A stretch of DNA of 32,000 bases from Akkermansia muciniphila ATCC BAA-835 (GTDB lineage Bacteria > Verrucomicrobiota > Verrucomicrobiia > Verrucomicrobiales > Akkermansiaceae): positions 330,001-362,000 of the forward strand of contig NC_010655.1 in assembly GCF_000020225.1 (NCBI RefSeq), given 5' to 3'. Of the stretch, positions 27,230 to 32,000 are shown piece by piece. A program made the position numbers and the translations under genes. Under the pieces are notes generated by a model. That model was not told where the DNA came from, did no database searches, and saw nothing but the letters and a program-made list of their open reading frames with translations. Position 1 is the stretch's first letter, and each line of letters starts with the position of its first letter.

Positions 27230-27940
27230 TTAGTCGTTGGTTTTTACTGAGGCAGAATCTCCGACGCGCACCGGATCGGCTGGCGTCTCAAGTTTCTGAA
27301 CAAGCGCGCCACATACTTCCTTGCGGACGTCCGTGACTACGGCTTCTCCGATGGTTTGAGCTCCCCGGGTTAACCGAACCGGCATCCCGACTTGCATTCC
27401 TGCCGTTCTGCCGGTATTCAGCACCACCACTCCGGATTCGGAATCAATGCTGAGCACCTTGGCTTCCGCCAGGGTTCCCGCGCCATCTCGCACGGGCTGT
27501 TGCCTGTATCCCAGAACGGATTCCAGCAGGCGCAGAGAACTCTCCACAGCCGTCCTGGCATTCGCATCTTCGGATATGGCTTGTTTCATGTAGGCAAGGA
27601 TGGCTCCGGAGAGCTTGACGGATGCCTGCTCCAGCCGCTGGACGCGGTCATTAAAAGCTTCGATGTCCGCCATCGCCTGAATCAGGCGTTCCTCGCTGTT
27701 ACCTAGCGCAGCGCCCCCCAAAGCTTCCAGCCTGGAACGGATGTCCACCAGCTGTGCGGCCGCCTTGTCGGCGTCGCTGCGGGCCTGGACATAGGATGCC
27801 TTGAGGGCCGCATTCTGCTTTTCGAGGCGCTCGATTCTGCGCGTCAGTGCCGCCGTATCCTCTTCCGCTCCCTGCAACGCCCCGCCCAGCCCTACCAGGG
27901 TGGTAAGAGAGTATGCAAGGATGGAAGAAGAATTCGACAT
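27230..27940 (-). CDS. Hypothetical coiled-coil protein with an N-terminal hydrophobic segment and a C-terminal beta-rich domain, embedded between rpsS and rplV
   Basis: 236-aa ORF with an ATG start, on the same strand as the operon. It starts 20 nt after the rpsS stop and ends 38 nt before the rplV start. N-terminus 'ILAYSLTTLVGLGGALQGA'. About 120 aa are rich in A/L/E/R/Q ('RRIERLEKQNAALKASY', 'RVQRLEQASVKL'). C-terminal 'AKVLSIDSESGVVVLNTGRTAGMQVGMPVRLTRGAQTIGEAVVTDV'. It resembles no ribosomal protein. Confidence 0.75.
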   Translation of the reverse strand: MSNSSSILAYSLTTLVGLGGALQGAEEDTAALTRRIERLEKQNAALKASYVQARSDADKAAAQLVDIRSRLEALGGAALGNSEERLIQAMADIEAFNDRVQRLEQASVKLSGAILAYMKQAISEDANARTAVESSLRLLESVLGYRQQPVRDGAGTLAEAKVLSIDSESGVVVLNTGRTAGMQVGMPVRLTRGAQTIGEAVVTDVRKEVCGALVQKLETPADPVRVGDSASVKTND

Positions 27941-27960
27941 GTTGATTGTTAACTTACTGA

Positions 27961-28230
27961 TTACTTCTTACCGATACCGCCGTGCTGTTTGAAGACACGA
28001 GTCGGGGCAAATTCACCAAGCTTGTGGCCTACCATGTTTTCCGTGACGTACACGGTGGCAAAGTTCTTGCCGGCGTGCACCAGGAAAGTCAGGCCGACGA
28101 AGTCAGGCGTAATCATGGATGCGCGGCTCCAGGTCTTGATCGGCTTGCGGTCGCCGGATTCAAGCTGAGCGTCGATCTTGGCGAGAAGCTTTTGGCTGAC
28201 AAAAGGGCCTTTTTTGAGAGAACGTCCCAT
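27961..28230 (-). CDS. rpsS: 30S ribosomal protein S19 (uS19)
   Basis: 89 aa: '[11 protein letters not shown]...L..K........K..IKTWSR.S.I.P.FVG.T..VH.GK.F..V.V...[13 protein letters not shown]'. Confidence 0.97.
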   Translation of the reverse strand: MGRSLKKGPFVSQKLLAKIDAQLESGDRKPIKTWSRASMITPDFVGLTFLVHAGKNFATVYVTENMVGHKLGEFAPTRVFKQHGGIGKK

Positions 28231-28265
28231 GTTATATAATCCTAGTTAAAGTTATAATATATTGA

Positions 28266-29102
28266 TTACTTGGCATTGCGGCGCTGTACGATGACGGAGT
28301 CGCTGGGCTTGCGGAGACGGCGGGTCTTCTGGCCCTTGACGTGGCCCCACGGAGATTTGAGGTGCTGGCGACCGCCACCGGACTTGGACTTGCCTTCACC
28401 GCCACCGTTCGGGTGGTCGACGGGGTTCATCGTCATACCGCGCACGGTAGGACGAACGCCCATCCAGCGGGTACGGCCGGCCTTGCCGGACATTTCGTTC
28501 ATGTGCTGGGTATTGCCTACCTGGCCGATCGTGCAGTAGCAATCTTCATTGAAACGGCGGATTTCACCGGAAGGCATCTTGATCAGCGCGTAACCCGCTT
28601 CACGGTTGGAAACGATGGCCTGCTGGCCGGCAGCGCGGGCTACCTTGCCGCCGGAACCCGGACGAATTTCAATGTTGTGAACGGAAGTACCCAGAGGAAC
28701 GTTTTTCAAGGGCATGGCATTGCCTACCTTGGGAGCAACCTTCTGGCCGCTTTCCACCTTCATGCCCACCTGCAGCCCCGTGGGGGCCAGAATGTAGGAT
28801 TTTTCACCATCCTTGTACTCAATCAGAGCAATGCGGCAGGTACGGTTGGGATCGTATTCGATAGTAAGGACAGTAGCGGGCACGTCAAACTTGTTGCGTT
28901 TGAAGTCCACCAGGCGATATTTGCGCTTATGGCCACCGCCAATGTGGCGGGTGGTGATGCGGCCATTGTTATTGCGGCCGCCGGATTTCTTGAGGGGTCT
29001 GCAGAGACTCTTTTCCGGGGTAGAGGTGGTGATTTCGTCAAAGGACGGCCACACCTTGTAACGGTTAGAGGGAGTAACTGGCTTGAATGACTTGAGGGAC
29101 AT
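28266..29102 (-). CDS. rplB: 50S ribosomal protein L2 (uL2)
   Basis: 278 aa: 'GRNN.GRIT.RH.GGGHKR.YR..DFKR' and '[15 protein letters not shown]'. Confidence 0.97.
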   Translation of the reverse strand: MSLKSFKPVTPSNRYKVWPSFDEITTSTPEKSLCRPLKKSGGRNNNGRITTRHIGGGHKRKYRLVDFKRNKFDVPATVLTIEYDPNRTCRIALIEYKDGEKSYILAPTGLQVGMKVESGQKVAPKVGNAMPLKNVPLGTSVHNIEIRPGSGGKVARAAGQQAIVSNREAGYALIKMPSGEIRRFNEDCYCTIGQVGNTQHMNEMSGKAGRTRWMGVRPTVRGMTMNPVDHPNGGGEGKSKSGGGRQHLKSPWGHVKGQKTRRLRKPSDSVIVQRRNAK

Positions 29103-29128
29103 GATAGCTTTCCTTCCTAATAGGGGCT

Positions 29129-29413
29129 TTAAACGAGGTCAAGGGTTTCACCGTTGGCAAGCTTGACGTAAGCTTTTTTCCAATGAGCGGTGCGACCTGC
29201 ATCAGAGCGGCGCTGGCGCTTGAGCTTGCCGTCATAGTTGGCGGTACGCACGGATGCGACCTTCTTGCCGAAAGCAACTTCGACAGCCTTTTTGATTTCG
29301 ATTTTGTTGGCGTCACGATCAACTTCGAAGACCAGCTCGCCGGTAGTTTCCTGGAGCATGGTGGCCTTTTCGCTGATGCGCACCTTCTTGATGACTTGGT
29401 AAATGTCTTTCAT
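29129..29413 (-). CDS. rplW: 50S ribosomal protein L23 (uL23)
   Basis: 94 aa: '[14 protein letters not shown]......[24 protein letters not shown]'. Confidence 0.95.
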   Translation of the reverse strand: MKDIYQVIKKVRISEKATMLQETTGELVFEVDRDANKIEIKKAVEVAFGKKVASVRTANYDGKLKRQRRSDAGRTAHWKKAYVKLANGETLDLV

Positions 29414-29419
29414 GGCTTC

Positions 29420-30028
29420 TTAAGCAGTACGGCTGGCGAGGGTTTCTAAAGCGTTGTCAACGAGGATCACTGCATCAGCATTCATGAGCTGTTCAATGTT
29501 CACTTCCGCAGCGGTCATCAGGAGAACTTCCTGAACGTTGCGGGCGGCACGGTAGGTGGTTTCGTCAAAGGAAGCTGCCACAATGAGCACCTTCTTGGCA
29601 TCCGTCAGGTCTTTGACGGCTTTGATGAAAGATTTGGTCTTGCCGTCAGCCACGGAAAATTCGGAAACGGTGCTGACCTTGGAAGCGGCAATCAGGTCAC
29701 CCAGTACGCGGCGCAGAGCCAGGCGTCGGGTGCTCTTGTTCACCTTCTTGCTGTAGTCGCAGGGGCGGGGACCGAAGACCACGCCGCCGCCCACAAAGAT
29801 GGGAGCGCGCTTATCGCCGTGACGGGCATTACCGGTGCCCTTCTGGCGGAATATCTTTTTGTTATTGCCGCTGACTTCTGCGCGGGTCTTGGAATTGGCG
29901 GAACCGGTGCGGCGGTTCGCCTGGTAAGCCACGATCAGGTCATGCACAGCCTGGGAGCCCTTGTCACTGCCTACAACCTGGATGTTGGCGGCGGCGGCGG
30001 CTTCTAATGTAAAGGTATTTGCGGACAT
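29420..30028 (-). CDS. rplD: 50S ribosomal protein L4 (uL4)
   Basis: 202 aa: 'RQKGTGNARHGDKRAPIFVGGGVVFGPRP.DYS.K.NKK'. Confidence 0.96.
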   Translation of the reverse strand: MSANTFTLEAAAAANIQVVGSDKGSQAVHDLIVAYQANRRTGSANSKTRAEVSGNNKKIFRQKGTGNARHGDKRAPIFVGGGVVFGPRPCDYSKKVNKSTRRLALRRVLGDLIAASKVSTVSEFSVADGKTKSFIKAVKDLTDAKKVLIVAASFDETTYRAARNVQEVLLMTAAEVNIEQLMNADAVILVDNALETLASRTA

Positions 30029-30069
30029 AGATAGGTTTTCCTATAATCAATGTGAGGTTAACTAAAGCC

Positions 30070-30705
30070 TTACTTCTTCTTGGCGGGGCGAATCACGAGG
30101 TAGGAACCGCGCGCGCCGGGCACAGCCCCGGAGATAAGGATGACATTATCTTCCGGACGAACGGCGACAACCTTCAGGTTCTGCACCGTGCGCTTGGCAT
30201 TGCCCATCTGTCCGGGCATCTTCTGGTTCTTCCAGACGCGGCCGGGGGTGGAACAACCGCCTACGCCGCCGGTACGGCGGTGCATCATGGAACCGTGGGC
30301 GGCGGGAGAGCCGTGGAAGTTGTGGCGGCGCATCGCCCCCTGGAACCCTTTGCCTTTGGAAGTGCCGATCACATCCACCCACTGTCCGGCGGAAAAGAGA
30401 TCCACACCGGGATCTTTTGCGCCTTCAGCAGGCAATTCGGATGCTTCTACGCGGAATTCCTTGAGGAGTTTGGTAGGCTGGATGCCCAGTTTCTTGAAGT
30501 GGCCGGCCTGAGGCTTGGCCACGCGGCTTTCCTTCTGCGCATCAAAAGCAACCTGGATAGCATTGTAGCCATCCTTGTCTTCTGTTTTAATCTGAGCGAA
30601 GGTGTTACCCTTGACGTCAATGACGGTCACGGGAACCATAGCGCCGGATTCCTGGTCAAACAGACGGGTCATACCGACCTTTTTTCCGATAAGTCCTAGA
30701 GCCAT
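30070..30705 (-). CDS. rplC: 50S ribosomal protein L3 (uL3)
   Basis: 211 aa: 'GLIGKKVGMT..F......VPVTVI' and 'GTSKGKGFQGAMRRHNF.G..A.HGS..HR..GS.G'. Confidence 0.97.
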   Translation of the reverse strand: MALGLIGKKVGMTRLFDQESGAMVPVTVIDVKGNTFAQIKTEDKDGYNAIQVAFDAQKESRVAKPQAGHFKKLGIQPTKLLKEFRVEASELPAEGAKDPGVDLFSAGQWVDVIGTSKGKGFQGAMRRHNFHGSPAAHGSMMHRRTGGVGGCSTPGRVWKNQKMPGQMGNAKRTVQNLKVVAVRPEDNVILISGAVPGARGSYLVIRPAKKK

Positions 30706-30750
30706 TGTAGTGTGTCTTTCTGTTTTTTAATTACTTATCCGGGTGCCAAA

Positions 30751-31059
30751 CTAGATGCGGATCGTGATGTCCACCCCGGCCGGAAGATTAAGCTTCTTGA
30801 GCTCATCAATCGTGCGCGCAGTCGGGTCGACGATGTCGAGCAGACGCTTGTGGGTGCGGATTTCAAACTGTTCAGCCGATTTTTTGTTGACGTGAACGGA
30901 ACGGTTCACAGAAAACTTTTCAATACGGGTCGGCAACGGAATCGGGCCGTGAACTTTGGCTCCGGTGCGCTTGGCGGTTTCAACGATCTCCTGGGAGGAG
31001 CGGTCGATGGCGCGGTAGTCGAATGCGCGGAGTCGAATGCGGATTTTTGGACTTTGCAT
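30751..31059 (-). CDS. rpsJ: 30S ribosomal protein S10 (uS10)
   Basis: 102 aa: '[10 protein letters not shown]....D.S...[10 protein letters not shown]...GPIPLPT' and '[12 protein letters not shown]...L..L.LPAGVD'. Confidence 0.97.
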   Translation of the reverse strand: MQSPKIRIRLRAFDYRAIDRSSQEIVETAKRTGAKVHGPIPLPTRIEKFSVNRSVHVNKKSAEQFEIRTHKRLLDIVDPTARTIDELKKLNLPAGVDITIRI

Positions 31060-31096
31060 GGACGTGCGGTCTATTGGTTATACTTCAAAGGTTTGT

Positions 31097-32000
31097 TTAT
31101 TTAGCCTTCTCGCTGACAATCTGGTCAACGAGGTTCTGGGGCACCTGTTCAAAGTGGGAGGGTTCCATGGAATAGGAAGCACGGCCACTGGAAAGGGTTC
31201 GGATGGCGGTGGAATAACCGAACATTTCGGACAAGGGGACCATAGCTTTCAAAATGCAGGCGTTGGCCTTGTTTTCCATGTTGCTGATCTGGCCGCGGCG
31301 GCGGTTCAGGTCGCCCATGATGTCGCCCTGGTAATCGGTCGGCGTGGAAGCTTCAACGGACATGATGGGTTCCAGCATGATCGGCTTGGCTTTTTTGAAA
31401 GCATCCTTCATGGCGAAGATGGCAGCCATTTTGAAAGCATTTTCATTGGAGTCCACTTCGTGGTAGGAACCGTCCACCACTTCAACGTGCACGTCCACCA
31501 CCGGATAACCGGCGACGACGCCCGTGGTCATGGCTTCATTAAGGCCGGCATAAACGGCGTTCATGTATTCCTTGGGAATGGCGCCGCCTACGATCTTGTT
31601 TTCAATGGTAAGCCCCTTGCCGCGTTCGTTCGGCTTCACATCGATGACCACATGGCCGTACTGGCCGCGGCCACCGGACTGCTTGACCAGTTTGCCGTCG
31701 CCATGGGCAGGGGCAGTAATGGTTTCGCGGTAGGCAATCTGGGGCTTGCCGATATCGGCTTCCACCTTGAATTCACGCATCAGGCGGTCAATAATGATTT
31801 CCAGGTGAAGTTCACCCATGCCGGAAATCAGGGTCTGACCGGTTTCTTCATCAGTCTTCACCCGGAAAGTCGGGTCTTCTTCAGACAGACGGCCCAAGGC
31901 ATTGGACATTTTTTCCTGGTCAGCCTTGGTCTTGGGCTCTACCGCCATGGAAATAACGGTTTCCGGGAAGGTGGGGGGTTCCAGGCAGATATCATTGTCC
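31097..32000 (-). CDS. fusA: Elongation factor G, C-terminal part (5' end lies beyond the window)
   Basis: '[62 protein letters not shown]', domains III to V. The reading frame is open to the window edge. Confidence 0.95.
   Translation of the reverse strand, partial: DNDICLEPPTFPETVISMAVEPKTKADQEKMSNALGRLSEEDPTFRVKTDEETGQTLISGMGELHLEIIIDRLMREFKVEADIGKPQIAYRETITAPAHGDGKLVKQSGGRGQYGHVVIDVKPNERGKGLTIENKIVGGAIPKEYMNAVYAGLNEAMTTGVVAGYPVVDVHVEVVDGSYHEVDSNENAFKMAAIFAMKDAFKKAKPIMLEPIMSVEASTPTDYQGDIMGDLNRRRGQISNMENKANACILKAMVPLSEMFGYSTAIRTLSSGRASYSMEPSHFEQVPQNLVDQIVSEKAK

Noticed and set aside
26109-27233. 374-aa plus-strand ORF spanning rpsC and rplV, plus similar ORFs at 28341..29090, 30052..30699 and 25113..25646
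   Set aside because: They are antisense to highly conserved ribosomal protein genes. Their composition is low-complexity Gly/Ala/Asp/His-rich with no recognisable domains.
31060-31096. fusA is followed directly by rpsJ with no tuf gene between them
   Set aside because: I recall the same arrangement in Bacteroidota and believe it occurs in other lineages where tuf sits with the secE-nusG cluster. I therefore do not consider it unusual for this type of organism.

Overview
The window is a housekeeping chromosomal segment of a moderately GC-rich Gram-negative bacterium. Its gene content points to the PVC group, possibly a mucin-degrading Akkermansia-like Verrucomicrobiota. Supporting features are RNase HIII, fusA running directly into rpsJ, a GH2 with a discoidin/CBM32 module, and many lipoproteins. 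This taxonomic call is inference only.

Genes from left to right:
- Minus strand: yceD-rpmF, HIT and Sua5/TsaC.
- Plus strand: aroK.
- Minus strand: a solitary rpsP and a LysE-family gene interrupted by one in-frame TAG. These are followed by xerC, a secreted EF-hand protein, and a Nudix-type regulator-trmB-tgt-yajC string.
- Mixed strands: rlpA, rnhC, an HU/IHF gene and two lipoprotein genes.
- Minus strand: a UbiA-like/ExbB/ExbD/TonB-like/TM-zinc-ribbon string.
- Plus strand: a SurA/PpiD-like chaperone, a large GH2 glycosidase, valS and a membrane zinc-ribbon protein.
- Minus strand: fusA (partial) followed by the S10 ribosomal protein cluster through rplN.

I saw no tRNA or rRNA genes, CRISPR arrays, transposases or recognisable defence genes.

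Most notable observations:
1. A 236-aa coiled-coil envelope-type protein gene sits inside the S10 operon between rpsS and rplV.
2. The ribosomal cluster stops at a strong terminator right after rplN. About 560 nt of unassigned DNA follows where rplX, rplE and the rest would normally be.
3. The tgt product lacks all four canonical zinc ligands.
4. A small TM-zinc-ribbon ORF lies 2 nt after, or overlaps, the stop of the TonB-like gene in the ExbBD string.

The ORF track counts GTG and TTG as starts, so several starts were moved to the first sensible ATG.
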